DNA from: Candidatus Omnitrophota bacterium
GTDB lineage: Bacteria; Omnitrophota; Gorgyraeia; 1-14-0-20-64-10
Assembly: GCA_016177405.1 (NCBI GenBank)
Contig: JACOVG010000006.1
Location: 10,064 to 74,063 of the forward strand
DNA length: 64,000 bases
Reading direction: 5' to 3'
A model generated the notes under the pieces. It was not told the origin of the DNA. It worked only from the letters and a program-made list of their open reading frames with translations, and did not search any database. The stretch's first letter is position 1. Every line of letters starts with the position of its first letter. Of this stretch, positions 8,586 to 18,101 are shown in pieces. The position numbers and the translations under genes were made by a program.

Positions 8586-9745
8586 CTGGGCGCTCCTTCA
8601 GGTGCCGGAAGAAGATTGAGCAGCTCCTGGACAATGCGCGAAGCGGCTCCCTGCGCCTGCCTGAAGAGCTTGCCAGCTTGAGCCGGCGCGGGCCCCGGCG
8701 GGCCCCACCAGGCGCCCAGATGCCGGACCAGCGCTTTCCGTTCCGTGACCGTCGGGACCAGCCCAAGATCCGTTCCAATGAAGGGACCCGCCTGGCATCC
8801 CCCGGGTTGAAAGCTGACCGACCGTTTGCCCGCCAGGGCTGCCTCCAGCAAAAGCAGAGAGGTCATCCCCAGGACGCCGTCGCTGGCAAGGATGGACGGC
8901 CACGGAGGCTGATTGGCCATGGGCCAGAGCCGCCCCTGCGACCTCCAGCGCCGGGCCAGCGGTCCGCACGGAAACTCCCCCTGCGCCTGGGGGTGCAGCT
9001 TCACGATCAGACGGGCCTTCAACCCTTGCGCGGATTCGACTTCGTCAAGAGCGGACAAGGTCTCCTCCAACACCTGGTCTTCGGTGTAACCCCTGAAATA
9101 AGGGGCTCCAGGCGCAAAATCGGAGTTGAACGATTCCGCCGCGAAGAGAAAGAAACGTTCGTTGGCGGATGCCCCGGCCCTTGAGAGCCACCCTTGCTTG
9201 AGAGAGCGCGCGTCAGCGAGGAGGGACGGCTCCGCCAGTCCTTGAACGAGCGTTTCCAGGTAGGGGTGCCCGGTAACGACCAAAATCTCCTCCGGCAGCC
9301 CTTCCCGAATGGCCTGGGCCTTGGCCGTCTCATCAGGGAGAGCGATCCGCGCGGGGTAAACTGGAACTCCCGAGGGCGCGGCGGCCCAACGCTCCTTGTA
9401 ATAGCACCAATGATCCACGACAGCCAAAGCGGGAAGGCGGGTATGCCGCAGCAGGATCTTGTCGATGCTCTGACCCCAGGCGGTTCCCAAAAGAAGGAGA
9501 TCCGGACGAATGTCCGCGACCTCTCTCATGATGGCCTCGGTCAAGCCGTTCGGCGGCTCCTGCGCCTGGGGGACCACCCTATGCGTGAGCGCGGCCCTTT
9601 CAAACAGGCCCACCGCCTGGGCGCAGGCCAAAGAATGAACCTGGGCGGACGCTTCTTCCTGAAGCGCCCGGATCACGGGGATGAGAACGTTCGCTCCGCC
9701 GGCGTCCTGGGCCGCCGCTAAAACCACCGGACGTCTGTCAGGCAT
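8582..9745 (-). CDS. Putative GT-B-fold glycosyltransferase (orphan; possible ulosonate transferase)
   Basis: DAGGAN, VVDHW, VVTGHP, IVKLHP, VLGMTSLLLLEAALAGK motifs typical of GT-B/glycerophosphotransferase-like proteins. Confidence 0.6.
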   Translation of the reverse strand: MPDRRPVVLAAAQDAGGANVLIPVIRALQEEASAQVHSLACAQAVGLFERAALTHRVVPQAQEPPNGLTEAIMREVADIRPDLLLLGTAWGQSIDKILLRHTRLPALAVVDHWCYYKERWAAAPSGVPVYPARIALPDETAKAQAIREGLPEEILVVTGHPYLETLVQGLAEPSLLADARSLKQGWLSRAGASANERFFLFAAESFNSDFAPGAPYFRGYTEDQVLEETLSALDEVESAQGLKARLIVKLHPQAQGEFPCGPLARRWRSQGRLWPMANQPPWPSILASDGVLGMTSLLLLEAALAGKRSVSFQPGGCQAGPFIGTDLGLVPTVTERKALVRHLGAWWGPPGPAPAQAGKLFRQAQGAASRIVQELLNLLPAPEGAPR

Positions 9746-10784
9746 CGAAGGGTTTGAGCAAGGTTCGCATCCGGTGGAGGTAGGTGTGCTCCTGAAGAAC
9801 CCTGCGGCGCCCTTCCTGGGCCATTCGCCGAGCCTCCTCTGGATGACGGAGATAATAGGACACCTTTTCCCTGGCCTCCCCCGGCGAGCGGTAGGTGGCC
9901 ACCTCCCGTTCCGGCGTCAACAGCTCTTCCATGCCGGGGACATGATCGGTCAGTTCGAAGGTGCCACAGCCAAGCAGCTCGAAGGCTCGCGCGTTCAACC
10001 CGGCTTGCCGGGCCTGCTCATCGTGAACGTTCAGGCCCATGGAGGCGGCGTTGTAAATCCGCGCCGTGGTCCGGTCCGGGACATAGCGCTCCGGCGAAAC
10101 CACTCGGCGCCAGGCGCCGTTTAAGGACGCCCGGACCTGGGGGCTTCCCCACCCTCGGCCCCACACCTTCAGATCAAATTCCGCCAGCGCCTGAACCATC
10201 CGGTCGCGGCCGGGCGCGTGCCAGGCAACAAAGGCAACCTCCGAGTGAAAGCGCCTCCTTTGAAGGGGGCTTAAGGCGAGGGGCCTATAGACCGTCTCAT
10301 CGCAGGCGCAGGGCAAAAACGAAACGGTCCGGGCGCCTGCCTTTTTAAGATCCGGCAGGTAGGAGCGGTCAAAAAGGTAGAAATGGTCAATGAGCGGCAG
10401 GCGGTCCTCAATGGGAAAGCGAAAGGGATTGTCCAGCCACCAGGTGATCAAGGGCGCTCGGGTGGAGGCCTTGAGTGCTCGAAGCAGCGAAGCGGAAAGG
10501 GTTTCTCCCCTTAAGATCAAGATCAGCTCCGGCTGGGCTTGACGGGCCAATGCCAGCAGGCGCTGATCCCGCTTCGCCAGCCAGCGTTCCCGGAAGATGT
10601 CGACCAGGGGGACGCCCCCGGGAAAACGAGAAAGAAGTTGCCTGCCCTGCCTTAAGGTGAGACGGTCCACCCAAGGGCTTGAGCTCAAGAAGGGAATGAC
10701 TTGATGGTTAAGCCGCTTAAGGGCGCAGGCGGTATACCACACCCAAGGGACCAGGAAAGTGGGAGAGATCAACAAGATCTTCAT
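9738..10784 (-). CDS. CgeB-like glycosyltransferase (Glyco_trans_1_2)
   Basis: WWLDNP, FLPCACD, LKVWGRGW, LNARAFELLGCG, VLQEHTYLHR. ATGA overlap at start. Confidence 0.88.
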   Translation of the reverse strand: MKILLISPTFLVPWVWYTACALKRLNHQVIPFLSSSPWVDRLTLRQGRQLLSRFPGGVPLVDIFRERWLAKRDQRLLALARQAQPELILILRGETLSASLLRALKASTRAPLITWWLDNPFRFPIEDRLPLIDHFYLFDRSYLPDLKKAGARTVSFLPCACDETVYRPLALSPLQRRRFHSEVAFVAWHAPGRDRMVQALAEFDLKVWGRGWGSPQVRASLNGAWRRVVSPERYVPDRTTARIYNAASMGLNVHDEQARQAGLNARAFELLGCGTFELTDHVPGMEELLTPEREVATYRSPGEAREKVSYYLRHPEEARRMAQEGRRRVLQEHTYLHRMRTLLKPFDA

Positions 10785-11689
10785 CGAGTCACGGAAGCGG
10801 AACAAGCCCTTCTCTCCCTCATGGAGGTCAAACCCTCCTCAACACCCATTGGTTTCACCTCCAGCTCTTCGGACATGCGGCGAGTCACAAAGGAGGTGTC
10901 CTTAGGACGCGGGGCAAGACCATGAAGGAGAGCGCCGGCGACCGGCTTGACAAGGTTCTCGGCAAACCCGAAGATCCGGCAAACGGCCAGCGCGAATTCC
11001 GTCAGTGGAAGCCTCTGCGGTCCCGCGACATGAAGGGCGCCGGTCATACCCCTTTCCAAGGCTGTCCAGATGGCCCGGGAGCAATCCTCCGCGCGAAGGG
11101 GCATGCTCATGACCTCTCGAGCGACGGGAATCTTCTTGCCCTCTTCCAGCCTCTCAAGCCACCGGGTGACGACGTTGCCGCGGCCCCCCGGCCAGGGCCA
11201 GCCGTACATGAGGATGGGACGAACGATAAGGTGCCGGCATCCGCTGGCGCGCACGGCATCCTCGGCCTTCACCTTGAGCTGGCCGTAGCGGTTGATTGGC
11301 CTCCTGGCCGACTCCTCGGAGTAAGGGGGGTTGTCCCCATCAAAAATCGCGTTGGAAGAAACCGCCGCGAGGAAGATCTTGAGCCGCTGGCACAGCTCCG
11401 CCAGAACTTGCGTCCCCCCGACGTTGATCCGTGAAACCGATTCCGGGTCGCGCTCCGCTTGGTCCACCGACCCCACGCCTGCGGTGTGGATGACGGCGTC
11501 CGGCCGGACTTGCGTCAGCAGCCTGAAGAGGTCCAATTCGTCGAGAAGATCCATCGCGAGGAAGCGGTCCTTCCACGCGGCCGGAGGCGGCAAGTGGTGA
11601 TGGGTGGCCAAAACCTCACACCCCTGGGGAGCAGTTTCCAGGAGGGTTTTTCCCAAGAGTCCCGTGCCGCCGGTGATAAGGACGCGCAT
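10781..11689 (-). CDS. RmlD-like NDP-4-keto-6-deoxysugar reductase (SDR)
   Basis: [26 protein letters not shown] (YxxxK). GGAGG upstream of ATG 11689. Confidence 0.88.
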   Translation of the reverse strand: MRVLITGGTGLLGKTLLETAPQGCEVLATHHHLPPPAAWKDRFLAMDLLDELDLFRLLTQVRPDAVIHTAGVGSVDQAERDPESVSRINVGGTQVLAELCQRLKIFLAAVSSNAIFDGDNPPYSEESARRPINRYGQLKVKAEDAVRASGCRHLIVRPILMYGWPWPGGRGNVVTRWLERLEEGKKIPVAREVMSMPLRAEDCSRAIWTALERGMTGALHVAGPQRLPLTEFALAVCRIFGFAENLVKPVAGALLHGLAPRPKDTSFVTRRMSEELEVKPMGVEEGLTSMRERRACSASVTR

Positions 11690-11691
11690 CG

Positions 11692-12606
11692 TCAACCTCC
11701 TGAGGCGACCTCCGAGGGTTTCTTATCCGCCTGAATCTCCTGAAGACAATCCAGCAAGCCGGTGCCCAGATCCACGTAGTGATGGCTGATAAGCTTCCTG
11801 GCCATCTGGGGACGGAAGGCATACGGCGTGACGCGGTAGTGCGGTGTCCGTCCCGACTCCGACTGCAGGGGGTCCACCGGCTGGTACTCGATCTCGATGG
11901 GTAAGCCCAAGATCTCGCGGATCATCTCCATGAGGTCGCGCACCCGGGTCGGATGGTGGCCGGTCAGGATGACGCGCTCGTTCTTGAACCCCGGATCCAG
12001 GATCTGGACGCTGGAGCGGGCGACATCGGAAACGTGGATGTATTCCCTCAACTCGTCACCGCTTCCATGAACAACGATCCGGCGCTTTTCAAGCGCCTGG
12101 GTGAGGTAATGGCGCACGCCGTTGCCGCCGTCGGCCCCGCGGCCGTAGATGGAACCGTACCGGAGGATCGTGTAGTCCAATCCAAACCAGCGCTGGTACT
12201 CCTCAACGTACGACTCGCAGGCCTGTTTGCTGGCCCGGTAAAAACCGCCTGCTTGCCCGGAGACATAGATGCTGCTGGCGAAGACATACCGGTGGACCTT
12301 GGCGAGCCGCGCCTCCTCCAGGAGGATGGCGTTGCCAAGGACGTTGACGCGCGCGGTGTCCACCGGACGACTCTGCGCCTCCTCCAGGTTGGCCAGGCCG
12401 GCGAAATGATACACCACCTCTTGGCCGGTCATGGCGCGGCGCACGGCCTCCTCATCCAGGATGTCCCCCTGGACGAACCGCTGCCGGCCGTCCGTGTGGG
12501 CCAAGCGGCTGCGGTCGAAAACCGTCACCTCGTGACCCGCTTGCGCCAGCGCGTCCACGACATAGGAACCTACGAATCCCGAACCTCCAAAGACAATGGC
12601 CTTCAC
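11692..12606 (-). CDS. NAD-dependent epimerase/dehydratase (extended SDR)
   Basis: FGGSGFVG, VYHFAG, FASSIYV, YRASK, LRYGSIYG, REYIHVSD. GTG start. Confidence 0.9.
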   Translation of the reverse strand: MKAIVFGGSGFVGSYVVDALAQAGHEVTVFDRSRLAHTDGRQRFVQGDILDEEAVRRAMTGQEVVYHFAGLANLEEAQSRPVDTARVNVLGNAILLEEARLAKVHRYVFASSIYVSGQAGGFYRASKQACESYVEEYQRWFGLDYTILRYGSIYGRGADGGNGVRHYLTQALEKRRIVVHGSGDELREYIHVSDVARSSVQILDPGFKNERVILTGHHPTRVRDLMEMIREILGLPIEIEYQPVDPLQSESGRTPHYRVTPYAFRPQMARKLISHHYVDLGTGLLDCLQEIQADKKPSEVASGG

Positions 12607-12625
12607 CTCAAGACTCCTCCTTTTT

Positions 12626-13384
12626 CTAATCGCCGCCGGCAACCGTGATGGTTTCGCCGGTGATAAAATCGCCGGCCTCCGAGGCCAGATACAGCGCCAT
12701 CCGGGCCATGTCCAGGGGTTGTCCCGCCCGTTGGAGGGGGATCTTCCGAATCCTCTCCCGGCGGTCCCTCCGGCCCATCTTCTGATGAAAGGGGGTCTCG
12801 ATGAATCCTCCACGGATGGCGTTGACCCGGATGCCGTGCGGGGCGCCCCACCGGGCCAGCCCCCGGGTGGCCGCCTCCAGGGCCGCCTTGGCCGCCCCGT
12901 AATGAAGGCTGACGGGAGACCCCCCGTATTTGGCGGAGATCGAACTGACGTTGATGATCCGCCCGGAACGCTGCCTCCGCATGCGCCAAAGGGCCTCCTG
13001 GGCCAGGAAGAAGGGGCCCTTGGCGTTGAGGGCGAAGGTCCGGTCCCATCCCTTTTCGCTCAAGCGTTCGATCGGTTTCGGCTCCAGGACGCCCCCCGCG
13101 TTGTTGATGAGGACATCGATCCGGCCAAAGGCGCGCACAAAGGCCTTCACCAGACGACGGATTTGGGACACCTGGCTTAAGTCCGCCTTGAAGCAAGCGG
13201 CCGTTTTGCCCTTCGCGAGGAGCGCTCTCCGGAGCGCCTGGGCCTTCGCGGCATTCCGGTGGTAGTGAATGCCGACCTGGGCGCCGCAGTCGGCGAAAAG
13301 GCAGACCATGGCGCTGCCGATTCCCCCGGTGGCCCCCGTGATCAAAACCCGTTTGCCGCGAAGGGATTCAAACATCGGCGCCAT
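12626..13384 (-). CDS. Classical SDR oxidoreductase (FabG-like)
   Basis: TGATGGIG, INNAG, NVSS, YGAAK, FITGETITVAGG. Confidence 0.92.
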   Translation of the reverse strand: MAPMFESLRGKRVLITGATGGIGSAMVCLFADCGAQVGIHYHRNAAKAQALRRALLAKGKTAACFKADLSQVSQIRRLVKAFVRAFGRIDVLINNAGGVLEPKPIERLSEKGWDRTFALNAKGPFFLAQEALWRMRRQRSGRIINVSSISAKYGGSPVSLHYGAAKAALEAATRGLARWGAPHGIRVNAIRGGFIETPFHQKMGRRDRRERIRKIPLQRAGQPLDMARMALYLASEAGDFITGETITVAGGD

Positions 13385-14108
13385 GGGCCTTCAGCCAGAA
13401 TTCCACTTGCGGGATCTGCCACTGGTAATCCACGTCAAGCCCTCCCCACTGCTTGAGGGGGTGAATCTTCCTGCCCATCCACCTTTGAGGCAGCAAGCCG
13501 TCCTCGAGGTTGTCCAGACACCTGGGACGGACCACCGAAACCCCCATGTCGGCGAAGTAGACCTCCCCTTGCGAGTCCCGGTCGCAGTTAAGGCTTTGTG
13601 GGTTGCCTATCGCTTCAAAAGGGACAAAGGGTTGAAGGAACCCTTCGGGCCCCAGCCGCCGCGCCCGCAGGGGACTCCACATGTTGTAGGCCGAAACGGA
13701 GACGGCCGAATCGATTGAGGGGTCCTCCCTCAAGACTCGGATTCCCTCTTCGATCAGGCGGCTGGTGACCGTGGGGGCGTTGCAAAAAAGAAGCACCAGA
13801 AGCTCGGGCTTGTCCCCGCGGGAGGCGAGCCGGCCGCAAATCTCCCGGTAACCGTGGCGGAAGACCTCCTCTCCGAGCGCGGAATCGGCCGCCAGTTCCG
13901 GGGGCCGGACGATCGGCTCCGCCCCGCGGCCGGCGGCGATCTTCAGGATCTTCTCCGAGTCGCTCGATACGAAAAGCCGGTCCACCCCCTTGGCGTTGGA
14001 AGCGGCCTCCAGCGGGTACGCCATCAGCGGCTTTCCCAGAACCGGATACCAGTTCTTGCCCGGAAAACCCTTGCTCCCCTCCCGCCCGATCAAGAGCGCG
14101 GCGATCAT
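13368..14108 (-). CDS. Acylneuraminate cytidylyltransferase family protein (NeuA-like)
   Basis: IGREGSKGFPGKN, FVSSDS, IVRPPELA, LDVDY. ATG 14108 overlaps the upstream stop. Confidence 0.88.
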   Translation of the reverse strand: MIAALLIGREGSKGFPGKNWYPVLGKPLMAYPLEAASNAKGVDRLFVSSDSEKILKIAAGRGAEPIVRPPELAADSALGEEVFRHGYREICGRLASRGDKPELLVLLFCNAPTVTSRLIEEGIRVLREDPSIDSAVSVSAYNMWSPLRARRLGPEGFLQPFVPFEAIGNPQSLNCDRDSQGEVYFADMGVSVVRPRCLDNLEDGLLPQRWMGRKIHPLKQWGGLDVDYQWQIPQVEFWLKAHGADV

Positions 14109-14953
14109 CCCGCCGCCTCCACGGGCTTCACCCCCGCAAGCATCCATCCCCGGTCGTAGGCCACGCGGATCTGCCCCAGACCGGCCTGCCCCATCAGCCG
14201 GATGGCGCCCTCGCGGCTGAAGCGATGCTCCAGCGGGGCCGAAAAACGGTCGTAAAGATCACCCACCAAGCTTAAGGGTCCTTGGCCGTGCCGGTAAGGC
14301 AGCCGCTTGACCCAGGAAGAGAGGACCCGAACGTCTTTGGCGAGGCGGTACGGCAAGGTGAAGGTAAGCCACGCCAGGGGAGAGCCCAGGACGCAAAGCC
14401 CGTAGAGCAGGCCCGGCGGGAGCCTGCGCGTGATCCCTCTGGTGAGCCGGGTCAGCTTCAATCCCAGACGCCAGCTTACGCTCCGGTCGCTCATGTCCTC
14501 GTAAAGATAAATGGCGAGGGCGGCACCCGGCTTGGCCAGGTGAACCAGCTCCTGAAGCCCCCCCAAGGGAGAAGCCATGTGGTGGAGCACCCCATAGGAG
14601 TAGATGAAATCAAAACAACCCGGCCCGAAGGGAAGCCGCTGGATGTCGGCTTGAAGGATCCGGGCATTGGAAAGGGATCGCGTCCTGGCGAAGCTGGCCT
14701 GGGACCCGCCCGGGCTTAGCTCCACTCCCACCAGTTGAGCCTGGGGGTGGCGCACGGCCTGGAGATAAAGGTCGATTCCGTTTCCGCAGCCGGCGTCCAG
14801 AACCAAACCCTTCAAAGGGGCGAGGTGAAGGCCTTCCCGCATCCGGTCAAAGTGGTAAGCCGGGGGGAGAGTTCCCTGACGCCTTTGGGAAGCCGACCAG
14901 AGATACCCGTAGCGGCTGGAGGTCTCCGATTCCACGCTCGCAAGACTAGGCAT
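14105..14953 (-). CDS. Class I SAM-dependent methyltransferase
   Basis: VLDAGCGNG, VGVELS, ADIQRLPF, FDFIYSYGVLHH, KPGA. Confidence 0.9.
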   Translation of the reverse strand: MPSLASVESETSSRYGYLWSASQRRQGTLPPAYHFDRMREGLHLAPLKGLVLDAGCGNGIDLYLQAVRHPQAQLVGVELSPGGSQASFARTRSLSNARILQADIQRLPFGPGCFDFIYSYGVLHHMASPLGGLQELVHLAKPGAALAIYLYEDMSDRSVSWRLGLKLTRLTRGITRRLPPGLLYGLCVLGSPLAWLTFTLPYRLAKDVRVLSSWVKRLPYRHGQGPLSLVGDLYDRFSAPLEHRFSREGAIRLMGQAGLGQIRVAYDRGWMLAGVKPVEAAG

Positions 14954-15959
14954 GAACCTTCCCAGCCCCCAGCTTTTCCAGCTCCATGGCCCGGTAGGAG
15001 CAGCGGTCGCAGGCCTGAAGCTTGTGGGCCTGCCCCTCGGCATGAAGCCGCCGGTACCGAGAGGCCTCTTCCGAAAGCCACATCGACCGTATCGATTGGG
15101 CCCCGGCCCTTCCGAGGGCCAAGAGAGAGAAGTCTGAAACGCCGTGCATCAGGCACGGCAGGGCGGTGCCGTCCCACAGGATGGTCATCCTCTGCCACAG
15201 GAAGGGACAGGCCCAGTCCGCGACGAGCCCCCGGTGATCGTCCTCCGGCCCCTCCCGGCGGTGGTCGAGATAGGCGATTTCATCGGCCGTGGCTTCCCAA
15301 AAATTCACGTACTCGGAAAACCGCTCCCGGAGCTCTGCGAGCATCACGGACTGCACCCTGATCTGCGGGATTCCCAGGCCCCGCTCATCCCGGAGGCGCC
15401 GCAGGGTCTGGACATTCGCCACCACCCGCTCAAATTGGGCCCCCACCCGATAAGCCTCGTAGGATTCCTTGGAGGTCCCCTCGAAAGAGATGGAAATCCG
15501 ATCCAGTCCGGCATCGATCAGCCGGTGGATCAGGGCCCCCGTCAAGAGGGTCGCGTTGGTGTTGAAATAAACGTCCAGAATCCCCTTCTGCTTGGCGTAC
15601 GCCACCATCTCCGGAAGTTTCGGGTGCAGGGTGGGCTCCCCCCGGAAGCTAAGCTTGATGGAAAAAAGCCCTTCCGCCGCACCTTCATCGATGATCCGGG
15701 TAAAGAGCTCCCACTTCAGATATCCCGGAACCTCCGGGCCCCAATTCTTCATGGTGGTGGCGCAGAAGGGGCAGCGCAGGTTGCACACGCCGGTTGATTC
15801 GATGTCCAGGTGAATCGGGAACTCCCCCACGGTGAAGCGCTCCGGAAACTGGGCCCAGCGCCTGCGGTACTCCTGAAAGCGCGGATCTTTCAGCCGCGCG
15901 TCAAAAACGCTGGATTTCCCCACCGTGTGGAAATTGGGGTTGGCTCGGGCTCCGCTCAT
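14946..15959 (-). CDS. Radical SAM protein with SPASM/twitch domain
   Basis: CNLRCPFC motif, RGEPTLHP, TNATLL; C-terminal CPFLW...PC...CDRC. Confidence 0.93.
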   Translation of the reverse strand: MSGARANPNFHTVGKSSVFDARLKDPRFQEYRRRWAQFPERFTVGEFPIHLDIESTGVCNLRCPFCATTMKNWGPEVPGYLKWELFTRIIDEGAAEGLFSIKLSFRGEPTLHPKLPEMVAYAKQKGILDVYFNTNATLLTGALIHRLIDAGLDRISISFEGTSKESYEAYRVGAQFERVVANVQTLRRLRDERGLGIPQIRVQSVMLAELRERFSEYVNFWEATADEIAYLDHRREGPEDDHRGLVADWACPFLWQRMTILWDGTALPCLMHGVSDFSLLALGRAGAQSIRSMWLSEEASRYRRLHAEGQAHKLQACDRCSYRAMELEKLGAGKVHA

Positions 15960-16540
15960 CTCTTTTTGATCACCCGCGCCTGAAACTCGATCTCGTCAAA
16001 CCCGCCCACCCAGTAGCACCAGATCCGCTGGGTCCACCGAACGTTGAGGTTCGCCAGGCCGTCGATCGCGCGCGAGATCGCTTTGCGCAGCCAGGTGGTT
16101 TGCGCCCTCGGGCGCATCCAGTGCAGCCGCACCCTCTCCACCTGGAAATGGCAGCGGCCATAGCGCTCCGAATGGCCGGGGTCGAAATGGTCGAAAAGAC
16201 CCACCCCCACGGCCCGCTTGTGACCCGGGTGGGTCCAGTTGCAGGAGTAGTGGGGCACGCGTATCTCCAACCGGGCCCCGTGCGCGCAAATCCGGTACAG
16301 CTCTTGGATCACCCCGATCGTGTCTTCCAAGTGTTCCAGGCAATGATCCATCACCACCTCCCGGACCGATCCCTCCTCGAAAGGCCACGGAAAAAGATCC
16401 AGGTCGTGGACGACGTCCGGCGTGGGACCATTTCCGTTGTTGTCCACGTTGAGGAAACCGGCGATCCGGCGGCCGCCTGAACCGATGTTCAGCCTCAAGA
16501 GAACCCTTTCAGGGGTTTGGACGAAACCCGCGTCAGACAT
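15956..16540 (-). CDS. Small class I SAM methyltransferase-fold protein
   Basis: LNIGSG, NVD, HDLDLFPWPF, HCLEHL, ELYRI, IRVPH. Confidence 0.85.
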   Translation of the reverse strand: MSDAGFVQTPERVLLRLNIGSGGRRIAGFLNVDNNGNGPTPDVVHDLDLFPWPFEEGSVREVVMDHCLEHLEDTIGVIQELYRICAHGARLEIRVPHYSCNWTHPGHKRAVGVGLFDHFDPGHSERYGRCHFQVERVRLHWMRPRAQTTWLRKAISRAIDGLANLNVRWTQRIWCYWVGGFDEIEFQARVIKKR

Positions 16541-18092
16541 CGATTGGGTCGAGGACTCCAACACCCAAGTACTCCTCTCTGAATTTCACCTGCAGATTCT
16601 TGTACTGCGCGTCTCCGGCCTCACTCATCTGTTCCGCGAGGCGGATCTGCGGATGGACGGGTTCTGGCATCGTGACGTAAAAGCTGAAGGTGCGCTCCAA
16701 GCCCAGGATCTCCTCCCGGGAGAGCTGGGGCATGTTCAGCGTGCTTGCGTCAGGGTTATCCAATGAGCAGATGGTGCCGGGGTCGAGGTACCCTTCCCGG
16801 ATGGCCAGCTCTCTTAACGGCGTTCCGTGGAAGGGGGCGAAGATGAAGGCGCCGGAGCATTCCACCCCCTTGGGCAGCTGGCGGTTGAATTCGATCGTGT
16901 CGAAGATCAGATCCCGCGTCTCCAGGGGCATCCCGATGATGCTGTTTCCGTTGGCGGCGTATTTCCGGCCGGCCACCGCCCGGAAGGCCTCCAGCATTCG
17001 CTCGTTGGAGAGTTTCCTTTTCAGAACCTTCTCCCGGTACTCGGGGTTCCCATGCTCGATGCCCATGCTCATCCTAAGGCAATTCATCCGTTCGAGCCAC
17101 CCGGCTCTTTCTTCGGTGATGGTCTCGCAGCGGGTGTTCATCCAGAAGGGGATCTTAAAATCCAGGTACATGTTGGCCAGCTCCAGAAACTCCCCGTCCC
17201 CCATGGCGAGAAAGGTGTCCACCACGAAGTAGATGAGCTCCGGCTGATACTTTTCCTTGAGGAACTTAAGCTCCGCGTGCACGCGGTCCATCCGCTTCTT
17301 CCGGTAGAACCGCCCGCCCTTGTCGTTGGCGTAGGCCAAGTTGTTGGAGGGGGAGTTGCAATAGGCGCAGGTGTAGGGGCAGCCCCTCTGGGTTTCCATG
17401 CCGACCGTGCGCCAGATCTTGCCCATCATGGGCCGGTAAATGCTCTGGGGATCGAACAGATCGAAATCCGGGTAGGGAAGGCTGTTCAGATCCAGCGTCT
17501 GGCGCATCGGATTCTGGTAAATCTGGCCATCCTGTTTCACCCAGAGGTTAGGGGTGTCCTTGACCGGCAGCCCGCGGCAGAGTCTAAGGCACAAGTCCAG
17601 CAGGGCCTCCTCCCCTTCCCCGCGGCAGACGTAGTCGACCGCCTCTTCCCGGACGATCTTGTCCGGCGCGTAGGTGGCGAAGACCCCGCCGAAGAGAACG
17701 GGCGGACGCCCCTTCAGCGACTGGACCAGCCGGAGGCCGACGGTGTAGGTGTTCTCCACCACCGAGACCGCGATGAGATTCGGCTGGAATTCATCCACCT
17801 TTTTCTGAAAGTCCAAGAACATATCGGTCTCCACGGGGCGGATGCCCCTCTCCTCCCAGCGGAAGGGGCGCAGGGCCGAGTGGAAGTACGGGTAGTTGGC
17901 GCCGAAGGGATTCTTGTAAAAGGTGCAGTCAAAGAGGTCCACGGTGAACCCTTCCTGCTTGAGGACCGCGGACAACAGTCCCAGACCGGTGGGCATTAGG
18001 GCGCGCATCTCGATGTTCGGGTAAAGGAACAAAACCCGGAAATCCTTGGGGTTTCTTCCGTTGCCCATCGGTGTGGTGTTGAGTGAAATCAT
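16533..18092 (-). CDS. Cobalamin-binding radical SAM protein
   Basis: N-terminal B12-binding domain (LFGGVFAT, RGEGEE), TQRGCPYTCAYC, DTF, GIEHG. Confidence 0.93.
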   Translation of the reverse strand: MISLNTTPMGNGRNPKDFRVLFLYPNIEMRALMPTGLGLLSAVLKQEGFTVDLFDCTFYKNPFGANYPYFHSALRPFRWEERGIRPVETDMFLDFQKKVDEFQPNLIAVSVVENTYTVGLRLVQSLKGRPPVLFGGVFATYAPDKIVREEAVDYVCRGEGEEALLDLCLRLCRGLPVKDTPNLWVKQDGQIYQNPMRQTLDLNSLPYPDFDLFDPQSIYRPMMGKIWRTVGMETQRGCPYTCAYCNSPSNNLAYANDKGGRFYRKKRMDRVHAELKFLKEKYQPELIYFVVDTFLAMGDGEFLELANMYLDFKIPFWMNTRCETITEERAGWLERMNCLRMSMGIEHGNPEYREKVLKRKLSNERMLEAFRAVAGRKYAANGNSIIGMPLETRDLIFDTIEFNRQLPKGVECSGAFIFAPFHGTPLRELAIREGYLDPGTICSLDNPDASTLNMPQLSREEILGLERTFSFYVTMPEPVHPQIRLAEQMSEAGDAQYKNLQVKFREEYLGVGVLDPIDV

Positions 18093-18101
18093 CCTTCTCC
18101 C

